A stretch of 44,676 nt of DNA from Thermoplasmata archaeon (GTDB lineage: Archaea > Thermoplasmatota > Thermoplasmata > Lutacidiplasmatales > UBA184). The stretch lies in contig JASHQX010000030.1 of assembly GCA_030038895.1 (NCBI GenBank), forward strand, positions 1 to 44,676. The letters run 5' to 3'. Shown piece by piece: positions 8,795 to 17,820 of this stretch; positions within the stretch are counted from its first letter, which is position 1; each line of letters starts with the position of its first letter. The notes beneath the pieces were generated by a model, which was not told the DNA's origin, ran no database searches, and saw only the letters and a list, made by a program, of their open reading frames with translations. The position numbers were made by a program, and so were the translations under genes.

Positions 8795-9742
8795 TCACGA
8801 AGGACGGGAGGGTTTTCGCGAGACTACGAGGAAGTGCTGGCTCGTCGCAACCACGGCTGGGTCGCCACACGTCGCGAGGTGGAAACTCCACCAGCTCCTC
8901 CACGCGCTCGGGTCGACCCGGGCGAGGCGGTTGACCACACGAATGTGGCCGGCGGCCAAACCTTCGAGGCCCACCGATTCTATGACCTTGAGACGGTGCT
9001 TTCGAAGGAGGCTCCTCAGCTCTTCCGGAGCGAAGAAGTGAGACGGGGCAAACCCCCGGTGGCCATCGTAGTTCCCCGTCCGGAGGATCCGCCAGTGGTG
9101 CGCTGGGTCGGTCCTCAACCCGTCCGGGTGGCGAACCAAGCCGTCGATCAGCTGAGCGTACCGGGAGATCACCGAGACGAAAATCGGGGCGTAGGGCTTC
9201 GCGACGCGACCGAGCTCGTCCAATGCCCCCTCGCGGTCCCGGGCGCGGAGGATATGGTTCAGCGGTCCACCGAGACAGAGCACTGCGTCGAACGACCCCG
9301 ACTCGAACTCCGAGAGATCGGTGATCGACCCGAGAACGAATTCCCGGACCCGATCCGAGACTCCCGCACGACGGGCGTTTCTGCGAGCCTGTTCCAGGAC
9401 TTCCGGAGTGAAGTCGAGGAGGGTGACGTTGAACCCCGCGCGCGCCAGCTCGATCGTGTACCTTCCGGGGCCCCCTCCCGCGTCGAGGACAGTTCCTTTC
9501 GATGGGAGGTACCGTCGGAGGAAGTGAAGGGTCGTTTCGATTTCCAGTTCATGATAAGGGTCCTGGACGAGCCGATGCCACTCGTCGAAGTTCCGGTAAT
9601 AGGCTCGGATCCGGTCGGCCGTGCGGTTCACGGGACGAAGCGAGCTCCCGGGAGCAGAAAGCGCGGGCGGTCGGAACCCTCGGAGCCGGGAGACCTTGGC
9701 ACGATTACGGAAGGAAAATGCACGCGGCGATGCAGACGCCAT
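8795..9742 (-). CDS. Class I SAM-dependent methyltransferase
   Basis: Motif I is VLDAGGGPGRYTIELARAGFNVTLLDF. ATG 9742 overlaps pdaD by 38 nt, so GTG 9631 (VNRTADRIRAYYRNFDEW) is an equally likely start. Confidence 0.75.
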   Translation of the reverse strand: MASASPRAFSFRNRAKVSRLRGFRPPALSAPGSSLRPVNRTADRIRAYYRNFDEWHRLVQDPYHELEIETTLHFLRRYLPSKGTVLDAGGGPGRYTIELARAGFNVTLLDFTPEVLEQARRNARRAGVSDRVREFVLGSITDLSEFESGSFDAVLCLGGPLNHILRARDREGALDELGRVAKPYAPIFVSVISRYAQLIDGLVRHPDGLRTDPAHHWRILRTGNYDGHRGFAPSHFFAPEELRSLLRKHRLKVIESVGLEGLAAGHIRVVNRLARVDPSAWRSWWSFHLATCGDPAVVATSQHFLVVSRKPSRPS

Positions 9743-10205
9743 AGTGGTCCATTGGGATCGATAGCTCCTCGGTCCGGTAGCGGATCCGGCGGAGTTCGAC
9801 CCCGCGGAAGTGCGCGATCTCCTGCATGCGCCACTTCAGGAACTCCTTGAGTGATTTCTGGGTCCCGTGGAGATGACCCTCCGCGACGTATCCGCCCTGG
9901 CCGTCGGTCCGGAACGCGTAGGCAATCCCCGCGCTGATCACCTCGCCCTCGCCGCCGCCGTGGCGGGCGAGAACGCCGTGGGCGATCGCGCCGCGGGGCA
10001 TCGGCTCCCGGTCGACCTGGCGAATCCCGATCGGAAGGACGGAGGAGACGCTCACGAGGTTCTGCTCGCCGATCCCGGCCTGGAGCAGCGCGAGATCGAA
10101 CGCGTTGAGCTCGCTCGTCTTGTTGATCCCCTTTCCGCTCGTCACGAAGAAGCGCGTCGGCACCGGCAGGAGACTCCGCGCGGGGGGCAGGCGAGTGGAC
10201 GGCAC
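9705..10205 (-). CDS. pdaD: Pyruvoyl-dependent arginine decarboxylase
   Basis: FFVTSGKGINKTSELNAFDLALLQAGIGEQNLVSVSSVLP contains the Ser-Ser self-cleavage site. Confidence 0.85.
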   Translation of the reverse strand: MPSTRLPPARSLLPVPTRFFVTSGKGINKTSELNAFDLALLQAGIGEQNLVSVSSVLPIGIRQVDREPMPRGAIAHGVLARHGGGEGEVISAGIAYAFRTDGQGGYVAEGHLHGTQKSLKEFLKWRMQEIAHFRGVELRRIRYRTEELSIPMDHYGVCIAACIFLP

Positions 10206-10255
10206 GATTCGCGGTGATGAGACGGTCTCCTTAAGGTTTGGCGCGGGCGGGGTCG

Positions 10256-10828
10256 CTAGACCATGATCGCGTGGCGCCGACGCATCGAATCTTCGGTCTC
10301 GCCCCGCACCTCGAGCAGCTCGGCGATGATCGCGTCGGTCAGACGAAGACCCGCCGATTCGAAGAGCGTACCGAGGGGCGCGAACGTGAGTCGCTCCGGT
10401 TCGTCGCGGAACTCGATCACGAGGAGGAGCGTCGCGGTATGCGCGAGCTTCGAGCCCGGCCGGCTTGTCAGGACGATCAGTTCGGCTCCCTCACGCCGGA
10501 CGATGTTCGCGGTCTGGATCGACGAGTAGCTCTCGCCCTGGTTCGAGAGGATGAAGACCGCATCCCCGCGGCGGACGATCGGGGTCACGCTCTCGCCGAT
10601 GACGTAGGCGCGCAGCCCGGCCTGGACGAGGCGCATCGCGAACGCGCGTCCGATGATCCCGCTCCGTCCCGCGCCGTAGACGAAGATCTGCGACGCGTTC
10701 GTGAGGATATCGACCGCTCGGTCGATCAGCTTCGGGTCGATCCGCTCGAGCGCGTCCGTCACGCGCTCACCAATGTACCGTTCCGCGCGGACGAAGACCG
10801 AACCGTTAGTGGCGGCGTCCTTGGCCAA
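10256..10828 (-). CDS. SIS-domain protein, 6-phospho-3-hexuloisomerase-like
   Basis: IFVYGAGRSGIIGRAFAMRLVQAGLRAYVIGE...VFILSNQGES. TTG start at 10828; GTG about 10762 is an alternative. Confidence 0.65.
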   Translation of the reverse strand: MAKDAATNGSVFVRAERYIGERVTDALERIDPKLIDRAVDILTNASQIFVYGAGRSGIIGRAFAMRLVQAGLRAYVIGESVTPIVRRGDAVFILSNQGESYSSIQTANIVRREGAELIVLTSRPGSKLAHTATLLLVIEFRDEPERLTFAPLGTLFESAGLRLTDAIIAELLEVRGETEDSMRRRHAIMV

Positions 10829-12026
10829 TCCTTCGCACCTCCTTTCGAGACCGGGACCGAGAGGCCCGCGCGACGAGCGGCCGGGCCAGGCGAACGGGGC
10901 GCTTCGGCGCGGGCCGGGCAGCGGGAGCCGGCCGGCGGGGCGGGACCGGCTTCGGGGGCGGTTTCGCCGCCGGTTTCGCCGCGGGCTTCGCTGAGGGTTT
11001 CGCCGCGGGCGGGGCGTGCTGCTTCGTGTAGCGTCGGGTCAGCGCCCGCTCGTAGAGGAGCTTCATGTACATCGCGTCGTGCTCGAGAAGCGGCGAGCTC
11101 GATATCACCGTCACGTCGTAGTCACGCTCGGCGAGGAGCTCAGCGACCGGGTCGAACCGGACGAGACCGCGCTTGATCGGCGTGAGGCGGAACTCCCCCG
11201 GGCCGTAGAACTCGACCCCGGAGAAGTTGAGGTAGAGCGGGCCGGCGGTCGCCGCGACGAACTGGCGGATCAGTGGCTCGAGCTGGTCGGGGGAATCGAA
11301 CGTCGTCCGCTCGCGCGCGGCGAGGTGCGGCAGGTTGAGGACCGGTACGATCCCCTTCACCCGGCGCGCGAGCTCGAGGACCTCCTCGCGCGAGCCGAAG
11401 ACGTCCGGGTGGCCGCTCGGTTCGACCGCGAGCCGCACCTGACCCTTCGAGGTTCGGTTGAGCCAGTTGGCGAGGTCGCCCGCGATCTCGGTGAGCTCTT
11501 GGATCGAATCGGCGCGCTCGCCCGGACCGAAGAACCCGAGATGCGTGACGGCGAGGCGGGCGCCGAGTCCATCGGCGAGGACCCCGGCCCACTGGATCTG
11601 GCGGGTCGACTGCTCCCGCGCGTCGGCGGAACCGAAAAAGTCCACGTAGTACGGGGCGTGGAGGGTGAGGTCGACGTCGAGCGCGCGCGCGAGGGCCTTC
11701 GTCTGCTGGAGGTCGGCATAGTCTTTCGCGAGGCTCCAGGTAAGGGTCGTCAGCGAGTCGCGTCGCTTGATCGGCGAGGTAAGCGCGGTGAGGGTCGGCT
11801 CTCCACCCTGGTGATCGGCCGGCCCCACGCTCACGACGAGCTGCTGGGCGAGGTCGCGCGAGACGTGGCCGACCTCTTCGTCGAGCGCGAGACGCGTCAG
11901 GGGATTGACTTTGATGAACTGCACCTCCATCGCGGTCAGCCCTAGGTGGTGAACGTCCGCAATTCCATCCCGCAGTGTTCGTCCCTTGCACGAAAGGGGG
12001 ATCCCGGCGGGTCCGAACCGGATCAC
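10806..12026 (-). CDS. Xylose-isomerase-like TIM-barrel protein (endonuclease IV / sugar-phosphate isomerase superfamily) with a basic AKP-repeat tail
   Basis: (M)IRFGPAGIPLSCKGRTLRDGIADVHHLGLTAMEVQF... resembles the archaeal EndoIV-like family. The C-terminal ~70 aa are Lys/Pro/Ala/Arg low complexity. GTG start. Confidence 0.6.
   Translation of the reverse strand: MIRFGPAGIPLSCKGRTLRDGIADVHHLGLTAMEVQFIKVNPLTRLALDEEVGHVSRDLAQQLVVSVGPADHQGGEPTLTALTSPIKRRDSLTTLTWSLAKDYADLQQTKALARALDVDLTLHAPYYVDFFGSADAREQSTRQIQWAGVLADGLGARLAVTHLGFFGPGERADSIQELTEIAGDLANWLNRTSKGQVRLAVEPSGHPDVFGSREEVLELARRVKGIVPVLNLPHLAARERTTFDSPDQLEPLIRQFVAATAGPLYLNFSGVEFYGPGEFRLTPIKRGLVRFDPVAELLAERDYDVTVISSSPLLEHDAMYMKLLYERALTRRYTKQHAPPAAKPSAKPAAKPAAKPPPKPVPPRRPAPAARPAPKRPVRLARPLVARASRSRSRKEVRRIGQGRRH
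10948..11007 (-). repeat. 12-nt tandem repeat (4-5 copies) encoding AKP repeats
   Basis: The + strand reads ggcttcgggggc ggtttcgccgcc ggtttcgccgcg ggcttcgctgag ggtttcgccgcg. It encodes AAKPSAKPAAKPAAKPPPKP in the tail of the 10806..12026 CDS. Confidence 0.85.
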
Positions 12027-12070
12027 GACTAACCAAGCCTCAGAAGGGGGCGGGGGGCTAAACTCTGTAG

Positions 12071-12078
12071 CTATATAG
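12071..12078 (-). promoter_or_regulatory. TATA-like box (CTATATAG, palindromic)
   Basis: It is the only AT-rich element in the 101-nt gap, about 45-50 nt upstream of GTG 12026. Confidence 0.35.
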
Positions 12079-12127
12079 CGAAAGCCGACTCAATCGAGGT
12101 CTCGAGGTTGCGCGGCGGAATCCGAAA

Positions 12128-12724
12128 TTACGGCGGCCGGTACCCCGTTGCGACTAGGTAAATCTCGGACGACGGCTCGCGCGAGGCGGGAGGCTTGGTT
12201 CTCCTCACGCGCTCGAACGACGGCCCGAGCTCGCCTTCGAGCTCTGCGACGAGATCTCCGTCAAAGACTTTCGCGACGAACGTGCCGCCCGGCTTCAAGA
12301 TCGGTCGCGCGAGACGGAACGCGTCCCGGACCAGAGCCACCGAGCGAGCGTGATCGGTCGAGTATGCCCCGCTGATCCGGGGGGACATGTCGGAGAGCAC
12401 CAGATCGAACGATTCCGCGGCGAGGGCACTCGCGAGGCGGGGGTCACCGACCCGGCCGTGGCGGATCTCCACCCCCTCGATCGGCTCGATGGACCGAGGA
12501 TCCACCGCGACCACGCGGCCGCGCGGACCCACGCGGTCCCGGGCCACAAGCGACCAGCCTCCGGGGGCCGCGCCGAGATCCAGCACCTGCGCTCCCGGTC
12601 GGAATAAGTGGAACCGCTCGTTTAGGTAGGCCAACTTGTAGGCTGCGCGCGAGCGCAACCCCTCACGCTGGGCGGCTCGGTAGTACGGGTCGTGGCGCCG
12701 CTCTGCGGCGAAGCGTCGTCCCAT
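12128..12724 (-). CDS. rlmE: 23S rRNA (uridine-2'-O)-methyltransferase, FtsJ/RlmE family
   Basis: RRHDPYYRAAQREGLRSRAAYKLAYLNERF...VLDLGAAPGGWS...VVAVD...VLSDMSP. ATG 12724 was chosen because the track ORF (to 12862) runs through the tRNA-Pro gene. Confidence 0.85.
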   Translation of the reverse strand: MGRRFAAERRHDPYYRAAQREGLRSRAAYKLAYLNERFHLFRPGAQVLDLGAAPGGWSLVARDRVGPRGRVVAVDPRSIEPIEGVEIRHGRVGDPRLASALAAESFDLVLSDMSPRISGAYSTDHARSVALVRDAFRLARPILKPGGTFVAKVFDGDLVAELEGELGPSFERVRRTKPPASREPSSEIYLVATGYRPP

Positions 12725-12785
12725 CTGGGGTGGGAAGGCCCGGCGCGTACATGAGGAACGACCCATCTCAGGTCGTCGGGGGAGA

Positions 12786-12860
12786 TGGGGCCGTCCGAAT
12801 TTGAATCGGAGTCTCTTGCACCCCAAGCAAGAAGGATGGTCCAAGCTACCCCACGGCCCC
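12786..12860 (-). tRNA. tRNA-Pro (anticodon GGG)
   Basis: Hand-folded 75 nt: acceptor GGGGCCG/CGGCCCC, anticodon arm CTTGC-TTGGGGT-GCAAG, T arm TCCGA-TTCAAAT-TCGGA, discriminator A. No CCA is encoded. Confidence 0.9.
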
Positions 12861-12921
12861 ACGCCGCGCCGGTGCGCGCGGACCCGGGGCGGTTAGATAA
12901 GGGTTCTGCCGGCGAGCGGTA

Positions 12922-13104
12922 CTAGTGGACGTAGAGCCAGGTGACGATCCCCACGACGGCGATGATCAGCGTGTTGAGCAGCGCGAGCCAGAAGAACGAC
13001 CAGAGCTCGGCCTTCCCCTCCTTCGGTCCGACGCTCGCCGGGGGGGTCGAGCTGCCCGGGTAGGGAGTGTAGGGCGTGTGGTACGTCTCGGTCTCGGAGC
13101 TCAT
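12922..13104 (-). CDS. Small (60 aa) single-pass membrane protein, hypothetical
   Basis: A Pro/Thr/Tyr-rich N-terminus is followed by one hydrophobic helix, LWSFFWLALLNTLIIAVVGIVTWLYV. Confidence 0.45.
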   Translation of the reverse strand: MSSETETYHTPYTPYPGSSTPPASVGPKEGKAELWSFFWLALLNTLIIAVVGIVTWLYVH

Positions 13105-13160
13105 CGGTCGGAGCGAACGAGCGGACCCGGATACATATCCCCTCGGTTCGTCCCCGCCAC

Positions 13161-13874
13161 CTAGCCCGCGAACCAGGGAAGCCGCGCGGCCGGTCCGCTC
13201 GGTTTCAGGACGAGCAGGTGGAGGTTCGAGCCGGGGTCGCCCGGTGCGTAGCTATCCCGGAGCGCGAGTTGGTAGAGGATGAACAACGCCTCCTCGTCCG
13301 ACTGAACCCCGAGCGAGCGGTGGACGTCGATGCCGAACCGGCTCCGAAGGATTCCGAGGAGCTCCTCGAAATCGATCTGACCCGACCCTTCGGACGACTG
13401 CGCCCGACGGAAGAGACCCGCGACGATCCCTGTCGCGAATCGGAGCACCTCCTTCGGGGAGGCGGGGCGGAGGTGGAAGTGGGGGGGCTCGGCGCCGCGG
13501 TCCGCCGGCGGGACCACTAGGATCGAGACCTCGTGGTCGACCGTCGTTCCCGGGGAGTGGGCGAGACGGGCCCACGCCGCCTCCGCGGCGTCGTCCGTCG
13601 GAACGACGAAGATCGCCCGAGTTGCGTGCGGCCGTCCGGCGGAGAGGCCCTCGACCCACCGGTCAATCCCCTCCGAGATCGTGGTCTCCCCTCCCCGGGG
13701 GAGGAAGACCGGGAACGTCCGGCGCGGTACTCCGGACTCCTGGACCCAGAACGCCGGCTCGACCGGCGCATGGCGCAGGCCGGGCGGCACACGGGAGTAA
13801 CCGAGACGCTTCAGCACGGTCTCGGCGGTCCGAAGTCGGTGGGACGACCCCCCGGCAGGGTCGGATTCGGGCAT
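13161..13874 (-). CDS. Hypothetical protein (237 aa)
   Basis: ATG start and coding-like GC3. I recognise no family motif. The N-terminal AETVLKRLGYSRV...AIFVVPTDDAAEAA is only loosely reminiscent of restriction-endonuclease-like folds. Confidence 0.55.
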   Translation of the reverse strand: MPESDPAGGSSHRLRTAETVLKRLGYSRVPPGLRHAPVEPAFWVQESGVPRRTFPVFLPRGGETTISEGIDRWVEGLSAGRPHATRAIFVVPTDDAAEAAWARLAHSPGTTVDHEVSILVVPPADRGAEPPHFHLRPASPKEVLRFATGIVAGLFRRAQSSEGSGQIDFEELLGILRSRFGIDVHRSLGVQSDEEALFILYQLALRDSYAPGDPGSNLHLLVLKPSGPAARLPWFAG

Positions 13875-13935
13875 TGGCGTGTCTAGGACGGCGTCGCGAG
13901 ATAAGCTCGACGCGTCCCGTTACCCCCGAACGACC

Positions 13936-14871
13936 TCATAGCGGGCCTCGAACCCCCACTCCGAGGAGCGGGGCGTTCGCCGCGATCGCCAAGATTACGA
14001 ACAGTAGGTACGGCCCGGAGTAGATGAATCCCCGCCGCGCCACGCGAGAGCTCACCTCAGTCCAGAGCGGGAGCGTGAGCGCGACGAACCCCGCCCCGAG
14101 CCCGACCAGGGCGAGGAGGACCGGCCAGGCGACCGCCCCGGTCCATCCGAGGAGGAGCGCCGCGGGAACGAGGAGCGCCGCCGAGACGACAACGACCCTT
14201 CCCGAGAGCGCGACATCGTCCATCCGCGGGAGCATCGGGAGGCCCGCGCGCTCGTAGTCGTTCCGGAGCAGGAGCGCAAGGCTCCAGAAGTGCGGGGGAG
14301 TCCAGAGGAAGACAAGGAGCGCGAACGCGAGGACCCCGGGGGTCCAGCTGCCGACGGCCGCGGCCCCTCCGGCGAGCGCGGGGGCGCTCCCGGCAAACCC
14401 GCCGATCACGATGTTCCAGCTCGAGCGGCGCTTGAGCCAGAGGGTGTAGACGACGACGTAGGTGAGCCCGCCGAGGAGGATCGAGAACCCGGTCAGCGGG
14501 TTCAGGAAGACCGTGCCGGCGCCAATCCCGAGGACGAGAAGGGCGAGCCCGAGCGCGAGGACGAGGTCCCCCCGGACGATCCGTTCATCGGGCAGCGGGC
14601 GGTGGCGGGTCCGCTTCATCCGGCGGTCGACGTCCCGGTCGAGGTAGTGGTTGAGCATCGCCGAGCCCGCCGAGGCGGCCGCTCCCGCGCCGACGAGGAT
14701 CGCGAGGCGCACTAGGTCGATCGTGCGGGGATCCGCGAGGAGGAACCCACCCACCGCGACGAGGCAGATGAGGGCGGTGATCCCCGGCTTCGCGAGCTCG
14801 AAGAGGTCCCGGGCGAGGCGTCGGGATGGGAGTTCGGACGCTGCGGCGATGGGTCCGTTGGGAGCGGTCAT
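13936..14871 (-). CDS. ctaB: Protoheme IX farnesyltransferase (heme O synthase)
   Basis: UbiA-family polytopic protein with NHYLDRDVDRRMKRTRHRPLP. Confidence 0.9.
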   Translation of the reverse strand: MTAPNGPIAAASELPSRRLARDLFELAKPGITALICLVAVGGFLLADPRTIDLVRLAILVGAGAAASAGSAMLNHYLDRDVDRRMKRTRHRPLPDERIVRGDLVLALGLALLVLGIGAGTVFLNPLTGFSILLGGLTYVVVYTLWLKRRSSWNIVIGGFAGSAPALAGGAAAVGSWTPGVLAFALLVFLWTPPHFWSLALLLRNDYERAGLPMLPRMDDVALSGRVVVVSAALLVPAALLLGWTGAVAWPVLLALVGLGAGFVALTLPLWTEVSSRVARRGFIYSGPYLLFVILAIAANAPLLGVGVRGPL

Positions 14872-14901
14872 GGGAGCGCCCCGGTCGGGGGAACGGTCCA
14901 G

Positions 14902-15489
14902 CTAGCCATTTCGGGGCTGGCCGAACGGCACCTCCGATTTCGAGGGGGGAACTTCGGGGCGGGGCAGGGCCATGCTCGGTGGGGAGTCGGAGACCTCGCT
15001 GGCCGCGCGGCGGACCCAGGCGACCACACGCGGAGGCAACTCGCGTAGGTTCGCGAGGACCGTAAGGAGGAGAAGGAGTCCGAAGAGCGCGGTCGCGATC
15101 CCGAGGTGGAGGAGGATGAACGGGAGCTCGAGCCCACTCTCGACGACGAGGCCCCCGAGGAGCGCCTCGGTCACGACCAGCGCGAGCGAGCCGAACGAGA
15201 GGCGGAGGAGGACCTTGCGGCCCCGCTCGTAGACGAGCGCGAGCAGCGTTACTACGAGGACCGAGACCGAGAGGAAGAACGCCGCGACGCGGTGGCTCCA
15301 TTCGGCGACCACCCCACCTTGGAACGCGGGAAGGAGGTTCCCGTTCCCGTAGCACGACGGCCAGTCCGGGCACGCGAGTCCGTTCCCGCTCGCCATCACA
15401 TTGCCGCCGAGAAGGATCGTCGTGTAGCAGAGGAGGCACGCCATCGCGGTGGCGACCCGGAAGAGCTCGTGGCCCCGCGTCCGCGCCAT
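14902..15489 (-). CDS. ctaA: Heme A synthase, short 4-helix archaeal type
   Basis: GGNVMASGNGLACPDWPSCYG motif, four hydrophobic helices, His in helices (EWSHRV, ILLHLG). It starts 4 nt after the coxI stop. Confidence 0.8.
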   Translation of the reverse strand: MARTRGHELFRVATAMACLLCYTTILLGGNVMASGNGLACPDWPSCYGNGNLLPAFQGGVVAEWSHRVAAFFLSVSVLVVTLLALVYERGRKVLLRLSFGSLALVVTEALLGGLVVESGLELPFILLHLGIATALFGLLLLLTVLANLRELPPRVVAWVRRAASEVSDSPPSMALPRPEVPPSKSEVPFGQPRNG

Positions 15490-15493
15490 CGGA

Positions 15494-17170
15494 CTACGGC
15501 GCCTCCGTCGGGGTCGCGGTCGGCAACGGGACCGGGACGCGCGCGGGTGCCGGAGCGGCGACCGGCCCGGTCATCTTGACCGAGAGCTCCTCGCCCCACG
15601 GGTCCGGGACCGTGACCGGCTCCCCCCCGTAGTAACTATAGACCATGTTGAACAGGAAGACGAGCTGCCCGATCCCGAGGACGTACGCCCCGAGGGTCGA
15701 GAGGAAGTTGAGCGCCTGGAAGTTCCCGTTCCAGAGATACGTGTAGACCCGGCGGGGCATCCCCTCCGCGCCGAGGATGAACATCGGGAACAGGAGGACG
15801 TTGGTCCCGACGTACGTCATCAAGAAGTGGATCTGGGCGAGCCGCTGGTTGTACCAGCGGCGCGTGATGATCGGGAAATAGAAGTAGATCCCGGCGAAGA
15901 GCGCCATGAGGGTCCCGCCGAGCAGGATGTAGTGGAAGTGCGCCACGACGAAGTACGTGCCGTGGTAGAGGTAGTCGATCGGGATCGACGCGAGCATGAG
16001 GCCGGAGAGGCCGCCGATGACGAAGCCGGTGATGAACGCGACGCAGAACCACATCGGGATCGCCATCCAGACGCGGCCCCCCCACAGGGTCGCGACCCAG
16101 TTGAACGTCTTGACCGCCGACGGGACGGCGATCGCCATCGTCGCGAGCATGAAGACGAACCGGATGTTCGTCGAGATTCCCGTGACGAACATGTGGTGCT
16201 CCCAGACCGCGAAGCTGAGCACCGCGAAGACGCCGAGCGCGATCGCCATCGCGCCGTAGCCGAAGATGTCCTTGCGCGCGAGCTTCGGGAGGATCGTCGA
16301 GACGAGACCGAAGGCCGGCAGCACCATGATGTAGACCTCGGGGTGCGCGAAGAACCAGAAGATGTTCTGGTAGAGCAGCGCGCCGCCGAGCGGAGTGCCG
16401 TTGACCGCGGCGAGGATGTGCGTCCCGAACACGCGGTCGCTCAAGACGAACGTGAGCGCGATCGAGAGGGACGGGAGCGCGAAGATGAGGAGGACCGAGT
16501 TGATCAGGATCGACCAGACGAAGAGCGGCATGTTCCAGTAGTGCACGCCCGGGGCCCGGTGCTTGGTGATCGTGACGAGGAAGTTGATCGCCCCGAGCAT
16601 CGAGGAGACCGTGAGGATGTGTAGGCCGAGGACCCACAGGTCGATCCCGTCCCCCGGGATCTGAACGGAGAGCGGGACGTAGCCGGTCCAGCCGGCGTTA
16701 GCGTTCGAGAGGATCAGGATGACCCCGGCCGGCGGGAGCATCCAGAACGCGATCGCGTTGATCCGCGGGAGCGCCATCTCCCGCGAGCCGATCATCGACG
16801 GGACGAGGAAGTTGCCGAAGCCGGCGAGGACCGGCATGATGAACATGAAGATCATCAGGACCCCGTGCATCGTGAACAGGGTCGAGTAGACGTCCGGGGT
16901 GATCCCAAGGGTCGTCTGGGGGTCGAGGCCGAGGCCCTGCACGAACCCGAGATCCGTCCGGATGAGGGTCGCGTAGATCCCGCCGATGAAGAAGAAGACG
17001 ATCCCGGTGACGATGTACATGATCCCGATCCGCTTGTGATCGGTTGTGAACATCCACGTCTTCATCGTGCGGACGAGCCACGTCCCCTGGTAGGTGAACA
17101 GGTAGACGAGGAACGAGGCGAGCGCGACGATGAGGCTCACTTCGACCACGGGGACCGTGACGTTGGTCAT
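15494..17170 (-). CDS. coxA: Heme-copper oxidase subunit I
   Basis: [14 protein letters not shown]..., [40 protein letters not shown] lies 7 nt before the ATG. Confidence 0.95.
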   Translation of the reverse strand: MTNVTVPVVEVSLIVALASFLVYLFTYQGTWLVRTMKTWMFTTDHKRIGIMYIVTGIVFFFIGGIYATLIRTDLGFVQGLGLDPQTTLGITPDVYSTLFTMHGVLMIFMFIMPVLAGFGNFLVPSMIGSREMALPRINAIAFWMLPPAGVILILSNANAGWTGYVPLSVQIPGDGIDLWVLGLHILTVSSMLGAINFLVTITKHRAPGVHYWNMPLFVWSILINSVLLIFALPSLSIALTFVLSDRVFGTHILAAVNGTPLGGALLYQNIFWFFAHPEVYIMVLPAFGLVSTILPKLARKDIFGYGAMAIALGVFAVLSFAVWEHHMFVTGISTNIRFVFMLATMAIAVPSAVKTFNWVATLWGGRVWMAIPMWFCVAFITGFVIGGLSGLMLASIPIDYLYHGTYFVVAHFHYILLGGTLMALFAGIYFYFPIITRRWYNQRLAQIHFLMTYVGTNVLLFPMFILGAEGMPRRVYTYLWNGNFQALNFLSTLGAYVLGIGQLVFLFNMVYSYYGGEPVTVPDPWGEELSVKMTGPVAAPAPARVPVPLPTATPTEAP

Positions 17171-17183
17171 CGCATCCTCCCGG

Positions 17184-17564
17184 TCATCCCGCGATAAGAC
17201 CCCCTAGTATGTACGCGATCGCGGCCGCGGCGATCACGACGATGAGGATCCGGAGGAACCGCGCCTCGGCCTCCTCCGTGATAGGCCCGGGCGGCGTCGG
17301 CTTGAACTTCCGTCCGAGCGGCCACGACCGGTAGGTTCGGTCCACGATGTGTACGATCAGCGCGGCCATCAGAAACATGAGCGCGACCGCGATCCCGAAC
17401 GACTCCTGGGCACCGGGGCTCGTGATCGGCCCGAGCCGGACAGCGTAGACGATCAGCACCGCGATCCCGAGGAGCATCAGGACAGTGACGGCGGTGTAGA
17501 GGTCCAGCACCCGCTCGCGCGCCGCGCGCACGTCCGAGGGAAGGGCGGGGGCGGGGCTACTCAA
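17184..17564 (-). CDS. Membrane protein (about 126 aa, 3 predicted helices), unassigned respiratory-operon component
   Basis: Three hydrophobic segments. TTG start overlapping the upstream stop by 8 nt (GTG starts further in are possible). Confidence 0.55.
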   Translation of the reverse strand: MSSPAPALPSDVRAARERVLDLYTAVTVLMLLGIAVLIVYAVRLGPITSPGAQESFGIAVALMFLMAALIVHIVDRTYRSWPLGRKFKPTPPGPITEEAEARFLRILIVVIAAAAIAYILGGLIAG

Positions 17565-17820
17565 AGAGCTCTACCCTCCGCTGGTTCGCGCCCCGGTATC
17601 GGTCGACCCGATAGAGGATCCCGGCGATGAACAGGAATGCGAGGAAGGCCATGGTCCCCCCCGCGGTGGCCACCAGGAGGTACCAGAGGTTCCCGGCGGC
17701 CGCGCCGAGGATGCCGTAGACGAACGTCGCACCGCCCGCGGTCCCGACGATGAGGAAGCCGAGAAGGACTCCCCAGAGGGAGGTGGTGTTCCACTTCGGC
17801 GATGCGGGGGGGCTATTCAC
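17557..17820 (-). CDS. Small membrane protein (about 87 aa, 2 helices), unassigned
   Basis: GTG 17820 overlaps the cytochrome b stop (GTGAATAG). The sequence is WGVLLGFLIVGTAGGATFVYGILGAAAGNLWYLLVATAGGTMAFLAFLFIAGILY. The track start at 17883 would overlap cytochrome b by 70 nt. Confidence 0.5.
   Translation of the reverse strand: MNSPPASPKWNTTSLWGVLLGFLIVGTAGGATFVYGILGAAAGNLWYLLVATAGGTMAFLAFLFIAGILYRVDRYRGANQRRVELFE

Noticed and set aside
10206-10255. A C-box-like GTGATGA (10213-10219) in the pdaD/SIS intergenic region, as a possible C/D-box sRNA.
   Set aside because: There is no matching D box (CTGA) or C'/D' elements within a plausible distance, and the region is only 50 nt.
10948-11007. 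A 12-nt tandem repeat considered as a CRISPR-like or satellite element.
   Set aside because: The period is a multiple of 3, it lies inside an open reading frame and encodes AKP repeats. There is no spacer structure. I saw no CRISPR array anywhere in the window.
12725-12862. Extension of the rlmE ORF to a start at 12862 (MGPWGSLDHPSCLGCKRLRF...).
   Set aside because: That stretch is the reverse strand of a perfectly folding tRNA-Pro gene (12786-12860). FtsJ homology starts at ATG 12724.
15449-16624. A 391-aa + strand ORF, extremely rich in Arg/Asp/Glu/Pro.
   Set aside because: It lies exactly antisense to the strongly conserved oxidase subunit I gene and is low complexity. It is a typical shadow ORF of high-GC DNA.
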